64,000 bases of DNA, from positions 384,001 to 448,000 of the forward strand of contig CAVXLD010000001.1 of assembly GCA_963762565.1 (NCBI GenBank). The letters are read 5' to 3'. Source of the DNA: an uncultured Verrucomicrobiae bacterium. Its GTDB lineage: Bacteria; Verrucomicrobiota; Verrucomicrobiia; Chthoniobacterales; JAFAMB01. Under the pieces are notes generated by a model that was not told where the DNA came from, made no database searches, and saw only the letters and a list, made by a program, of their open reading frames with translations. Below are positions 38,962 to 50,314 of this stretch, piece after piece; the first letter of the stretch is position 1, and every line of letters begins with the position of its first letter. The position numbers and the translations under genes are program-made.

Positions 38962-39101
38962 AGGGTGAAGAAAAGCAAGGGGTACTGGAGTATTGGAGTA
39001 TTGCAATGATGGCAGCTGCTGACTGTGCTCCCTAAGAGACACGCATTAAAATCTGTCTAAACCAACTAACCCTTGTAGCTCTTGCTCTGCTTAGCTCTGG
39101 G

Positions 39102-40313
39102 CTAATCACCTTTGTCTCCAGGATCGTACAGGTCGTCAAGCGCCTTCGTGATCTGACTAAACCGGTCTCGCATTCCGGGAAGCAGCCCTCGCCCTTCGTG
39201 CACAACCAACATGCAGATCCGCCCCTCCAGAAAAATGCTGATTGGCGAATCGGCGAGCAAGGTGCAAGCGCTCACTTCAACTGAACTGAGGGTGGTTCCA
39301 AACTCGCGGACTGCCCGCATGAGTGCAGGAGCCGGTAACGCGGCGTTGACTCGATAGTTCTCTGGTAGATCTCCTCCTAACACCGTGCCGTCATCTGACA
39401 TGATAAGAGCAGCCCGCACCTTAGGAAAAGCGGACAACAAATGCGCCACTTGTGCGGCATCTAGAAAATCATCGGTGAGGAATAACTCTTGTAGGAGTTC
39501 AAGTCCGCGACGGCGTTGCGGTTTAGCAGGCGTCTGCTTTGACTCAACCGGCTTCGGCGTTTCCTCGGCCGGAGGTGGGGTTGCGATAACCGGCGGCCCG
39601 GGCGCCGGCAGTTTCGGTTTAGGCAAATCAGCGAAGGGATCTTTCTTAACAACGCCGGGATCGCCGGCACCGGAGCGAGATTCACCTATCTCTTTTGAAG
39701 GCAGCGCTTTTTCGCTAGGGGACGGAGCTACGACTTGTACCGGGGGGATCGGAGGAGGATTATCGCGAACTTCCTCTTTCTCGCGAATTAAAGGAAGCAC
39801 CGAGCCGAGATCATCGGTTGGGGAATTGGCTGGCCGATTTGCAACAGAAGTAGAGGCATGTCCCTCTAGTTGGAAGAAGCCTTCGTCCTCACGAGCGACC
39901 TGAGCAATCGGAGTATCAAAATCGGGCGCGCCGGCGAGAGCGGCGCCATCATTGAAGGAGCGCATTACATTTTGGAGCTGAAGTACGACCGAGCGAAGCG
40001 ATAGCGGGAAGGTAGTTTCTTCTTTTAGTTGCTCCGGGACCAAACCCGGATAGAGGTCGCGCAACATCCTGGCGGAAATAGTAACTCGCCCCTCCATCAA
40101 GCCGTCGGTTTGCCCCAATTTCACTCGGATTTCTCTCGACTCTCGAGAGCCCCAGTTTAAAGCGCCGCCAATCTCGGTTGTAAAATCTAACGGTCGAAGC
40201 ACGATTTCCTGGTCCTCTACCGGCCCTGTACCAGTGGGATCAGCGGAGGCTTTTTCAGGTGAGCCGGCCGATTTTAGGTTGCGGAAAAGGTAGTTCCCAA
40301 ATTTTGGAGCCAT
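39102..40313 (-). CDS. Pro-rich protein with a C-terminal roadblock/LC7 (MglB-like) domain
   Basis: C-terminal LSAFPKVRAALIMSDDGTVL roadblock pattern after a long Pro-rich linker. Confidence 0.6.
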   Translation of the reverse strand: MAPKFGNYLFRNLKSAGSPEKASADPTGTGPVEDQEIVLRPLDFTTEIGGALNWGSRESREIRVKLGQTDGLMEGRVTISARMLRDLYPGLVPEQLKEETTFPLSLRSVVLQLQNVMRSFNDGAALAGAPDFDTPIAQVAREDEGFFQLEGHASTSVANRPANSPTDDLGSVLPLIREKEEVRDNPPPIPPVQVVAPSPSEKALPSKEIGESRSGAGDPGVVKKDPFADLPKPKLPAPGPPVIATPPPAEETPKPVESKQTPAKPQRRRGLELLQELFLTDDFLDAAQVAHLLSAFPKVRAALIMSDDGTVLGGDLPENYRVNAALPAPALMRAVREFGTTLSSVEVSACTLLADSPISIFLEGRICMLVVHEGRGLLPGMRDRFSQITKALDDLYDPGDKGD

Positions 40314-40379
40314 AAAAGAATACGAATAACTAGGATACGAATAACTCGCGGATGATCGGCAATTCAATTGCGTGCATCC

Positions 40380-40653
40380 CAGTGTTCTGTCCCATAAATA
40401 ACGTGGCTTTCGTTGCGATCAAAATAGCCGCCGGCAAGGCCGAGGAGGCGCATATCTTGATCGATACGTAACCGACGAGCAACGCAGCCGCCGGCCCATT
40501 TTCATCGCAACCCTCCGGGCCGTGGCCAGTTGGCTGTTTTTCCGCGTTGCTCGCTCGACCCGTATGAACCAGATATGGGCGCTTCGCTCGCGCCTTGAAA
40601 AACAGCCAACTGACCGACGGCGAAAGCCACGTTATTTATGGGACCGGACACTA
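40380..40653. mobile_element. MITE with IS630-type ends (copy 2, inverted)
   Basis: Reverse-complement match to 5781-6073, with a few substitutions and an internal deletion of about 20 nt. Confidence 0.85.
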
Positions 40654-40701
40654 GTTGCACATCTAGCCTGACCGATAATAACTATCAATAATAATGTTGT
40701 A

Positions 40702-41913
40702 TTATTTAGTGTCGCTTTTCCCAACCACCGCTCCTCGCGAGGAAACCTGGTCCCGGTAGATGCGGTCCTTCCAGGTGATGCCTTTGCCCTTAGCTTGCCA
40801 AAAACTATTAACCGCAATCAATAAAGCCAAGCTATAGCCGATGGGCTGAAAACAGATGCTGAGCCAGGATGTCTTAAACCGGATGGCAGCAGCGATCCGC
40901 AGGCAAAGAATGATGCCCGTCGCCAGACAAAGTTCAGTCCGATGATAGAACGGTAAGACCAGAAAAGGGAGTACACACACCAGGAACTGCCAGATAATCG
41001 CCAGCCAAAACCCGACCCAATCGCCATCGAATACAGGCCAAAGGTTCTTAGTAAAACCTTCCCAAATCTGAGCTAGGGAAGTATACATGCGACAACTGAC
41101 GAGGCGGGTGCCGTCGCAGGTTACTACACGCCAGCCATCAGGAATTCGTTCAGCGATCTCACGCGCCAGCGAGATGTCTTCGACCAAGTGCTCCCCCACC
41201 GCTCGATGACCGCCCATCTCAAAATAGCTCTCGCTCCGGAATAAAAGAAATTGTCCGGTGGCTGTACCACAAAGAGACAGGAATTTGCCTCCTAGGATAC
41301 GAGCGAGCCAAGGGACGCGCTGGGCCCAGACTAAGAGCCAATGAGGCAGATAGGAGCCGCCAACCACGAAGATCAACGGAACAATGAGTTTTTCGGCAAA
41401 AGTAACCGTGGTCTGATACGGCCAAAGCGTCAGTAGATCACAACCAAATTGTTGAGCATCGGTAATCGCTGAAGAAACCGCTTCCGGTTGATGATGAGTA
41501 TCCGCGTCCGTAAACAACAAATATTCTCCGTGCGCGGCTTCAGCTAACTGATGGCAGGCCCAGGATTTTCCGGTCCATCCCGGTGGTAAGGGCGCTCCCA
41601 AAATCAGCCGGTGATTGGACTCCGGACCGGTCGAGAAACCGAGAGTGCGAACAATATCGGCGGTAGCGTCCAACGATTCATCGTCGAGGACAATGATCTC
41701 CAACGAAGGATAATTTTGTCCTAGCAGTGATTCTAAACAGGGTCTGATTCGTGCCGCCTCATTTCTAGCCGGTAATAAGACCGAGACTCGAGGCGGCGCC
41801 TCCGGCGCGATCTGAGGACGGAGGCGGGGCAGGAGCAACAAGTTCAGAATGAACTGGATAAAGAGGGCCGCACTGACTACGAGCGAGAACCAGAGCCAGA
41901 GGTTAACGATCAT
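40702..41913 (-). CDS. Family 2 glycosyltransferase (membrane-bound)
   Basis: SVLLPARNE, DD.S.D.T, GWTGK, FTDAD, EDI..A, RMY, WK.R. Start placed at MIVNLW. Confidence 0.9.
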   Translation of the reverse strand: MIVNLWLWFSLVVSAALFIQFILNLLLLPRLRPQIAPEAPPRVSVLLPARNEAARIRPCLESLLGQNYPSLEIIVLDDESLDATADIVRTLGFSTGPESNHRLILGAPLPPGWTGKSWACHQLAEAAHGEYLLFTDADTHHQPEAVSSAITDAQQFGCDLLTLWPYQTTVTFAEKLIVPLIFVVGGSYLPHWLLVWAQRVPWLARILGGKFLSLCGTATGQFLLFRSESYFEMGGHRAVGEHLVEDISLAREIAERIPDGWRVVTCDGTRLVSCRMYTSLAQIWEGFTKNLWPVFDGDWVGFWLAIIWQFLVCVLPFLVLPFYHRTELCLATGIILCLRIAAAIRFKTSWLSICFQPIGYSLALLIAVNSFWQAKGKGITWKDRIYRDQVSSRGAVVGKSDTK

Positions 41914-41977
41914 AAAGCCGTCATCGCCGACAATGCCATCAACGCGAGCAAGGCACGCTCCAGCGTCCCGACCGGGT

Positions 41978-42004
41978 CGGCCTCGCAAGCGAGGCACGCT
42001 CCAC
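41978..42004 (-). repeat. GTGG-REP
   Basis: CGGCCTCGCAAGCGAGGCACGCTCCAC, with a degenerate partial copy just upstream. Confidence 0.75.
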
Positions 42005-42085
42005 GGCTCGCGACGCTGACGGCATTCATGGCATTAAAAAGGTGTCTTGACAGGAAGCGGCTCTTGAATGGCATAAACTTCGGCG

Positions 42086-42646
42086 ATGTTCAGGGCAATC
42101 CGACAAAATTTGTTCACGTTCCCGGCGTTGACCGGTCCCGCGGTCGCGGGAGCGTTGGCGGTGTTATTCATAACCGGCTGCGCGGAGATCGAAAACACGG
42201 TTTACGATATCAGAGGGCTACCGCCCGGCAAAGTGTCGCTCGTCGTGGATCTGACTGCGCAGGAGGCTTACCTTTATGCCGGCGGCCAACTGGCGCTGAA
42301 AGCTCCGATTTCGACCGGCCGCGAGGGCTACAACACATCGCCGGGCCGGTACAAAATCATCCAGAAGGATATCGATCATCAGTCAAGCATTTACGGTGAA
42401 TACGTAAAGGACGGGATCGTTATCAAAGCCGACGCGAACGTCTACAAAGATCCGAAACCGCGCGGCGCTAAGTTCGTCGGAGCGCCGATGCCTTATTTCA
42501 TGAGGATTTATGGCGGAGTCGGTCTCCATGAAGGAGATCTGCCGGGCTACCCAGCGTCTCACGGTTGTATCCGGATGCCCGGCTCAAAAGCAAGACGGTT
42601 CTTCGACGCTGTGGAGTTGGGAACACCGGTCAAGGTGGTCAGGTAA
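42086..42646 (+). CDS. L,D-transpeptidase family lipoprotein
   Basis: Lipobox ITGC; ISTG, MPYFMR, LHEG..PGYPASHGCIR. Confidence 0.9.
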   Translation: MFRAIRQNLFTFPALTGPAVAGALAVLFITGCAEIENTVYDIRGLPPGKVSLVVDLTAQEAYLYAGGQLALKAPISTGREGYNTSPGRYKIIQKDIDHQSSIYGEYVKDGIVIKADANVYKDPKPRGAKFVGAPMPYFMRIYGGVGLHEGDLPGYPASHGCIRMPGSKARRFFDAVELGTPVKVVR

Positions 42647-42663
42647 GAGCCGGGAAGCAGATT

Positions 42664-42846
42664 GTGGAGCGTGCCTCGCTTGCGAGGCCGTGGTAAACAA
42701 GGCCGACGAAAGGGCGCCACTCATGACGGGCAGCGCCATTACGCTCGCACAGGTAAAAGTCAGCACACAAAGGCGCTGACAAAAACAGGGTAAGACATCG
42801 AGGCGTCCCGTTGCTTACCACGGCCTCGCAAGCGAGGCGCGCTCCA
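42664..42846. repeat. GTGG-REP doublet
   Basis: Inverted REP copies at 42664-42694 and 42817-42846 between convergent genes. Confidence 0.85.
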
Positions 42847-42861
42847 GGGCTGGCTCCTTCG

Positions 42862-43413
42862 TCAGGCCCGCACGTTTTGCTCCGCCCACTTCAGGAGTGT
42901 TTCCTTCTCGTAATAGAGGTAATCCCAGTTCGACTTAAAATTACCCGTAGCGGACCAGCCCAGATAAAGAGCTTTGACCAGGCTTTTGGTCCCTTGAGAA
43001 ATAACTCTTCCCCTGCCGTCAAGGACGGTATAATCGAAGGTCATCCGGATTGGCTGGGAATCCCGGTCGTATCGGATCTGGCTGTGCTGCGGCTTCCAAG
43101 GCTCGTAACGGCCGCCGAGATCGATATCGGTGAACTTCAGGATTAGGGTACAGCCGGGTGCTGCCTTAGCCACAACCGGAGACAACGCCTCTGTCATTTC
43201 GTCACCGAAGATCTTCGCCGATTTCCACTCATCGAAATCGTGGATTTTGATATCGGTGAAATATTTGGGATTAGCGAATTCGATCCGGACATTCGGCCCC
43301 GATTCGGTATTGACTGACGGTCTCCCACTTGAAGCCGACCCGGCAAAGGCAGTGATGGCGATGGTTGAAGCCAGCGGCACCAGTAAATTGCGCCACAGAC
43401 TCAAGATTTTCAT
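42862..43413 (-). CDS. DUF3016-like secreted protein
   Basis: Signal peptide; F.NP.YFTD, FTDIDLGGRYEP, L.YEK..L..W motifs. Confidence 0.8.
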   Translation of the reverse strand: MKILSLWRNLLVPLASTIAITAFAGSASSGRPSVNTESGPNVRIEFANPKYFTDIKIHDFDEWKSAKIFGDEMTEALSPVVAKAAPGCTLILKFTDIDLGGRYEPWKPQHSQIRYDRDSQPIRMTFDYTVLDGRGRVISQGTKSLVKALYLGWSATGNFKSNWDYLYYEKETLLKWAEQNVRA

Positions 43414-43459
43414 AGTCAAGCAAATAAGCACAGAAAGTGCCCGTGCGCACCCGGTTTTC

Positions 43460-43845
43460 GGTAGGGCGAAAAACTCGGCGCGCCAAGCGCGTGACCAACG
43501 AAATGGGCTTTGTCGCGCCGGTTTTGAGCCGTTCCGTGCGGCAACTTGGTGGGGCGAGGCTCCCAAATGGCCTGAGAGGTTTCGCAGCGGGCTAGCGCCA
43601 TGCCTCCGTCGCTAGGTTGCCTAGGCCTAAACTCCGCCGAGCCGTGGTCCATCGCGGGCCACGGCTCGGCGCACTTGTCGACCTTGGCAAACGATCGATG
43701 GGCAACCCTCCTTTTCTCTGTGAAAGCGATTCGGCCGTTCGGGAGCCTCGCCCCACCAAACCAACAAGCGGCGCGGCTCAAAACCAGCGCGACCAGACGC
43801 TAAGAACAACTATAATCTAGGGCGCGCCGAGTTTTTCGCCCTACC
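43460..43845. repeat. Nested fold-back (GTAG-REP) element
   Basis: Perfect 25-bp outer inverted repeat GGTAGGGCGAAAAACTCGGCGCGCC enclosing three more inverted pairs. Confidence 0.85.
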
Positions 43846-43967
43846 AGCGCCCCGCCCCTGATTATGCGAGCCGGAAATGCGGACCAACGCCCTAGGTGCG
43901 ACCCTCTGCGATTTAAACCACTCCTTGCAAACCGGCCGTCTCTGGGATAACGGAGCGAACCCGATGT

Positions 43968-45530
43968 ATGCATGCCCGTTCTATAACGCTCTACGACACC
44001 ACCCTGCGTGACGGTACACAGGCCGAGGGAATCTCTTTCAGTGTCCAAGATAAGATTCGGATCGCAGAAAAGCTGACCGCCTTTGGCATCCATTACATTG
44101 AAGGAGGATGGCCCGGTTCCAATCCCAAGGATATCGCGTTCTTTGAGCAGGCGAAGGGACGCGATTGGGGGCAGGCGAAGATTTGCGCTTTCGGAAGCAC
44201 TTGCCGGCAGAAAATAAGTCCGGCTGAAGATCCCCAGGTACGGCTACTGCTTGAGGCCGCCACGCCGGTGGTAACCATCGTAGGGAAAAGCTGGCGTTTG
44301 CACGTCGAGCAAATCCTGGGCGTTTCGCTCGAAGAAAATCTTAGGATGATTAGGGAGACGGTTGATTACCTGAAACAAGCAGGACGCGAGGTGATCCTTG
44401 ATGCGGAACATTTTTTCGACGGCTACAAGGACGACTCGGACCAGGCGCTGGCTGCGATAGCCGCAGCAAGAGACGCCGGCGCCGATATGGTCGTACTTTG
44501 TGATACCAACGGCGGATCGATGGTGCACGAGGTGAGCGAGATCACCCAAAAAGTTGTGCACCAGCTGAGGTTACCCGTGGGGATTCACACGCATAACGAC
44601 TGCGAACTTGGCGTCGCCAACGCCCTGGAGGCTTTGCGAGCCGGCGCTACTCAGGTCCAAGGGACGATTAATGGCTACGGGGAGCGCACCGGGAACTGCA
44701 ATCTGACCAGTGTCATCCCAAATCTCCAGCTCAAGCTCGGTATCGAAGTGGTGCCCGATCTCACCCGATTGCACGAGCTTTCCTCGTTCGTGGACGAGCT
44801 CGCGAATTGCCAGCACAATATCCGGGCCCCGTTTGTCGGGGCTACCGCTTTTGCTCATAAAGGCGGCCTGCACGCGAACGCAGTGGAGAAGCTGGCCAGG
44901 AGCTACGAACACATCACGCCGGGAGCGGTGGGTAATCAGCAACAAATTCTGGTTTCCGAGTTATCCGGACAAAGCAACGTGATTGCAAAGGCGCGGCAGC
45001 TAGGGTTCCAACTGGATAAACGTTCTCCGCAGGTGGCCGCGATTCTAACGGAGGTCAAACGCCTCGAACATCTGGGGTATGAGTTCGAGGCGGCGGAAGC
45101 TTCCTTTGAACTGTTGGTTCGCCGGGTACTGACCGGTCCGAAGCCATTTTGGGAGCTGCTCGAATATCACTGTACCTATATCCGATCCGTTCGGAACCAA
45201 TTCGAGACTTGCGAAGCAACTGTCAAATTACGAGTGAGAGATCAAGATATTTATATGGTGGCCGAGGGAGATGGTCCGGTAAACGCCTTGGATGGCGCCC
45301 TGCGCAAAGCGTTAGTTCCGACCTATCCCGAGATTGAGAACATCCGGCTGACCGATTACAAGGTTCGGATCATTGGAGTAACCGCCGGGACGGCAGCCAG
45401 AACCCGGGTTCTGATTGATTCAAGCGACCACCGAGAGACATGGAGCACGGTCGGAGTGTCTGATAATATCATCGAGGCAAGCTGGCTCGCGCTGGTCGAT
45501 AGCTACGAGTACCAGTTGCGCCAGCGATGA
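43968..45530 (+). CDS. cimA: Citramalate synthase
   Basis: YDTTLRDGTQAEG, EGGWPGSNPKD, DAEHFFDG, HTHND, AHKGGLH, GDGPVNALD. Confidence 0.92.
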   Translation: MHARSITLYDTTLRDGTQAEGISFSVQDKIRIAEKLTAFGIHYIEGGWPGSNPKDIAFFEQAKGRDWGQAKICAFGSTCRQKISPAEDPQVRLLLEAATPVVTIVGKSWRLHVEQILGVSLEENLRMIRETVDYLKQAGREVILDAEHFFDGYKDDSDQALAAIAAARDAGADMVVLCDTNGGSMVHEVSEITQKVVHQLRLPVGIHTHNDCELGVANALEALRAGATQVQGTINGYGERTGNCNLTSVIPNLQLKLGIEVVPDLTRLHELSSFVDELANCQHNIRAPFVGATAFAHKGGLHANAVEKLARSYEHITPGAVGNQQQILVSELSGQSNVIAKARQLGFQLDKRSPQVAAILTEVKRLEHLGYEFEAAEASFELLVRRVLTGPKPFWELLEYHCTYIRSVRNQFETCEATVKLRVRDQDIYMVAEGDGPVNALDGALRKALVPTYPEIENIRLTDYKVRIIGVTAGTAARTRVLIDSSDHRETWSTVGVSDNIIEASWLALVDSYEYQLRQR

Positions 45531-45596
45531 CGCGGCCTTTGCTAGACATTGACGATACCGTTGTTTTCAGCTTCTCTGGCTTGAACTGAGCCAACT

Positions 45597-46376
45597 ATGG
45601 CGACGATCACTCTCCTTGGGACCGCTCCCGGGTACCCTGCCCCATACCGCAATCATTCTAGCTTTCTTTTGGACACGGGCGAGCACAAGGTCCTGGTCGA
45701 TGCCGGCGAATCCTGTAGCCGAACCTTGATGGAGTTGGGGATCGAGCCAGTCGAGCTGGATACGATCATTATCACCCATGGGCACTCCGATCATACGGCC
45801 GGGTTAGCCATGTTGATCCAATCTTGCTGGATCGTCGGACGGCAGCGGCCTCTGCCGATCTTCTTGCCCAAAGAGCTGATTCAACCGTTGACCGTTTGGT
45901 TGGACGCCTCGTATATCGGCCCGGACTTTATCCCATTTAAACTCCAGTTTCAGGCTTGGGAGGAGAGCGATCACGCCAATATCTGCGGTATAAATGTTCG
46001 GATAGCACCCACGACCCATCTGGATTCGCTGGTCAAACGGTTTGGCAATGGCCGGTTTCATCCTTTTAGCCTGGCCTTCGATTGTCCGGCGTTCGAATTC
46101 GTCGCCTCGGGCGATCTGGGTGGTCCGGAAGATTTACTCCCTCACTTGCGGAACGGAACCGACCTATTGATTTGCGAGCTGGCCCATTTTCCGCCACTGG
46201 ACCTTTTTAAGTTTCTGCAGCAATTCAGGATAAGCAGATTGGTATTAACGCACGGTTCGGCCGAGGTTCTGGCTGATATCGATTCAGTGGTAGCCAAGGC
46301 GCGAGCGATGCTGCCAAACACCGAGGTTTTCTTTGCGGAAGACAAAATGAAGGTGGAGTTGGTCGCGAGGAAGTAG
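45597..46376 (+). CDS. MBL-fold metallo-hydrolase (RNase Z-like)
   Basis: LLGT..P..RN.S, THGHSDH motif, SGD, LVLTH. Confidence 0.8.
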   Translation: MATITLLGTAPGYPAPYRNHSSFLLDTGEHKVLVDAGESCSRTLMELGIEPVELDTIIITHGHSDHTAGLAMLIQSCWIVGRQRPLPIFLPKELIQPLTVWLDASYIGPDFIPFKLQFQAWEESDHANICGINVRIAPTTHLDSLVKRFGNGRFHPFSLAFDCPAFEFVASGDLGGPEDLLPHLRNGTDLLICELAHFPPLDLFKFLQQFRISRLVLTHGSAEVLADIDSVVAKARAMLPNTEVFFAEDKMKVELVARK

Positions 46377-46400
46377 GGAGAGGCGGACGGGTCGCAACCC

Positions 46401-46578
46401 GTGGAGCGCTGCCTCGCTTGCGAGGCCGATGGTGCGCAAGGAGGCGTCGTGAGCGCTGTCTGCCCATATCTGTTTCGCGACCTCTATTTCCCTCACGCTG
46501 AAGGGCACAGTTCACCATCGCTCTGGCCCATCATCGGCCCTGCTTACCATGGGCCTCGCAAGCGAGGCAGCGCTCCAC
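46401..46578. repeat. GTGG-REP doublet
   Basis: Inverted REP copies at 46401-46428 and 46552-46578. Confidence 0.85.
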
Positions 46579-46661
46579 ATTGGCGCCCCCCGGAGGCTAC
46601 GTCGAGCGGGCCAGCTGAATGCCGGCCCGAATTTTTAATTGTGCCACTCCCGCTCTGACCT

Positions 46662-48533
46662 ATGTTCAACCTCCTTATGGATTCAGATCTGCAAGCTTTG
46701 GTCGACTCAGGAAAGATTGCGGCGAAGACTGGCCAACAGCTTCAGCAGCTAAAACCGGGAACCTATTGCCTCCACAAAAGTTGGGGCTTCGGCCAGGTAA
46801 AGGCCTGGAATTTGTTACTGAATCAAGTCGTCGTTGATTTTGAGAGCAAAAAACATCACACCATGCAGCCGCAATACGCGGCTGAATCTTTGCAGCCGCT
46901 GCCGGAAAATCATTTTCTGGTCCGAAAAGCAATCGGCCTTGATGCCCTTAAGACGCAAGCTGACAACGATATCCCCGGTCTCTTTGTGCTTCTGCTCAAC
47001 GGGTCCGGAGGGAAACTGACTCAGGACCAGATTCAGAAGGCGGTAACGCCAGAGGTCGTCTCCGAAGCGGATTTCAAGAAATGGTGGGACAACGTCAAAA
47101 AGATTTTGCGCAAGGACGGTCGATTCGCGCTTCCGACCAAGAAGACAGAACCGGTTAGCGTTCGGGAACAGGCGCTCAGTTATAGCGATGAACTCATCGA
47201 AACGTTCCAGAAGGCAAGACAGCTTAAAGATCAGGTCACTCGCCTGGATCAGATCGTAAAGAACGCCGGCATTTTCGGGGACAAGACCGAGTCCCTGCAA
47301 GCGGTGGCAACGCAAGCCGAAGAGAGTGTCAGCCGCAACCGGCGTCTGCATCCGGCGCAGGCCATGGAGCTACTAATCGAGTGCGACGATCTGCTCAAAG
47401 AGGTGCCCAGTTTGTCCGCAGGCGCAATTAGCTTGACCCAATTGTTGCAGGAACATGAATCGAAGCTCAGCCAGATCGTGTCCCAAGTGGCCGCCGCTCG
47501 ACAACGGCGAGTCCTATCCGAGTTTCTAATTGCGTTCCCGCAGGATTGGGATCGGCGATTGCTACATATTTTTCAGGACGCCGGCTATAGAATCGTGGCG
47601 GAGATCGCCAAGGTGTTTGTCGAGAACCAGCGAACTGAAGATCTGCGGCAATATCTCGTACGATCGATCCGGGACCATTCCGCCTCTTCGGACATCCTGT
47701 ATTGGTTGGCGAAAGAGCGGGCAACGATAGAATTTCCCGACTTGATCGAGCCGGACGTCCTGGCTGCGATGTTCGGCGCCCTGGAACGCGACCAATTTGC
47801 TGAAGCTCGCCGAGGCTCAAAGCTGCATGATCTACTAATCGACGACAAAGAGCTGATCTCTGACCTAATTATGAGCGCATCGCTGAGCCAGGCACGCGAT
47901 TTAATGCGCCGGTTGATGCTGACGCCCGTTTTTGAAGAGTTGAATAAGCGCTCGTTGATGGCTCGAATGATTAAGGTCCACGGCGAATTGCAGCAGATGG
48001 TCAGCGGCGAATCTGAAGAGAAGGAAGAAGCTTTGGTTGTATCCTGGCCCAGCCTGGAAAGGCGGAAAGGCGAATACGACGATCTGGTTTCAAAGAAAAT
48101 CCCTGAGAACACCAGGGAGATTGGTATCGCCCGTTCCTACGGTGATCTGCGGGAAAATTTCGAGTACAAAGCCGCTAAAGAAATGCAGACCGTCCTGATG
48201 CGGCGAAAGGCCGAGCTCGAACAGATGTTATCCCGCGCTCGCGGCACTGGTTTCGATAATGTCGACTCCGGTCAGGTATCTATCGGAACATCAGTCGTAA
48301 CCCGGGATATAGAGAGCGGGGAGCTGTCCACCTTCCATATCTTGGGGGCCTGGGATAGTGATCCAGCTAAAAGTATCGTTTCCTATCAAACCGCGATCGG
48401 TCAGGCTTTGTTGGGGAAAACCGCTGGTGACACGGCGGAGTTGCCGGGCGAGGCCTCGATCAAAAAGGTGGAGATCGTGGAGATTACGGCCTGGCAAGAC
48501 ACGGAGAACGAGGCCGTCGCAGTCAACGAGTAG
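46662..48533 (+). CDS. greA: GreA/GreB-family elongation factor with a long N-terminal extension
   Basis: C-terminal GDLRENFEYKAAK and SY.T.IGQAL; N-terminal H.SWGFG and WW..KK as in the long PVC/spirochaete forms. Confidence 0.85.
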   Translation: MFNLLMDSDLQALVDSGKIAAKTGQQLQQLKPGTYCLHKSWGFGQVKAWNLLLNQVVVDFESKKHHTMQPQYAAESLQPLPENHFLVRKAIGLDALKTQADNDIPGLFVLLLNGSGGKLTQDQIQKAVTPEVVSEADFKKWWDNVKKILRKDGRFALPTKKTEPVSVREQALSYSDELIETFQKARQLKDQVTRLDQIVKNAGIFGDKTESLQAVATQAEESVSRNRRLHPAQAMELLIECDDLLKEVPSLSAGAISLTQLLQEHESKLSQIVSQVAAARQRRVLSEFLIAFPQDWDRRLLHIFQDAGYRIVAEIAKVFVENQRTEDLRQYLVRSIRDHSASSDILYWLAKERATIEFPDLIEPDVLAAMFGALERDQFAEARRGSKLHDLLIDDKELISDLIMSASLSQARDLMRRLMLTPVFEELNKRSLMARMIKVHGELQQMVSGESEEKEEALVVSWPSLERRKGEYDDLVSKKIPENTREIGIARSYGDLRENFEYKAAKEMQTVLMRRKAELEQMLSRARGTGFDNVDSGQVSIGTSVVTRDIESGELSTFHILGAWDSDPAKSIVSYQTAIGQALLGKTAGDTAELPGEASIKKVEIVEITAWQDTENEAVAVNE

Positions 48534-48676
48534 AAGTCCAAGCACTGCCGATACATCCAAATTGCGAACCGTCGACAGGTACCATTTCGCCTCGACGGCT
48601 CCCTGTTCGTAAGCTAGAGCCGAGCGGCCACCTTTTTGGGCGTGACCGATCGCCCATAAGCAAATACTAATCTTAG

Positions 48677-49972
<1,296 letters not shown>

Positions 49973-50314
49973 GTGCGGTCGGCCTACGATAGCTTTGATG
50001 ATTCTCATACTGACTGGCTCCGATTGTTGCTCAATCGGATCCTCTATATTCTGCTGATCGCAGCTATCCTGATTCTAATGATCTGTTGGTTTCTGCCGCT
50101 ATTAAAAGAGCGGCAGAAACAAGAGTTAGCTCTCCAAACCCTTCAACAGCAACTAGCTGGGGCAAAGCTGGTCTATCGACGAGAACAGAAAAAGCTTTCG
50201 TGGATTCAGCACGACCCCGATTACCTGGAGTTGTTAGCCAGGGATAAGCTCGACCTCAAAAAGCCGGAAGAAAAAATCTTTCGAGCTGAGCCTAGTCCGG
50301 GGATTGGGAAGTGA
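49973..50314 (+). CDS. ftsB: Septum formation initiator (FtsB/DivIC)
   Basis: TM, coiled coil, DPDYLE.LAR.KL.L.KP.E; conserved eno-ftsB order. Confidence 0.85.
   Translation: MRSAYDSFDDSHTDWLRLLLNRILYILLIAAILILMICWFLPLLKERQKQELALQTLQQQLAGAKLVYRREQKKLSWIQHDPDYLELLARDKLDLKKPEEKIFRAEPSPGIGK

Noticed and set aside
46662..48533. 623-aa GreA as a novel fusion
   Set aside because: Long N-terminally extended GreA forms are already known in Chlamydiae, spirochaetes and related lineages.
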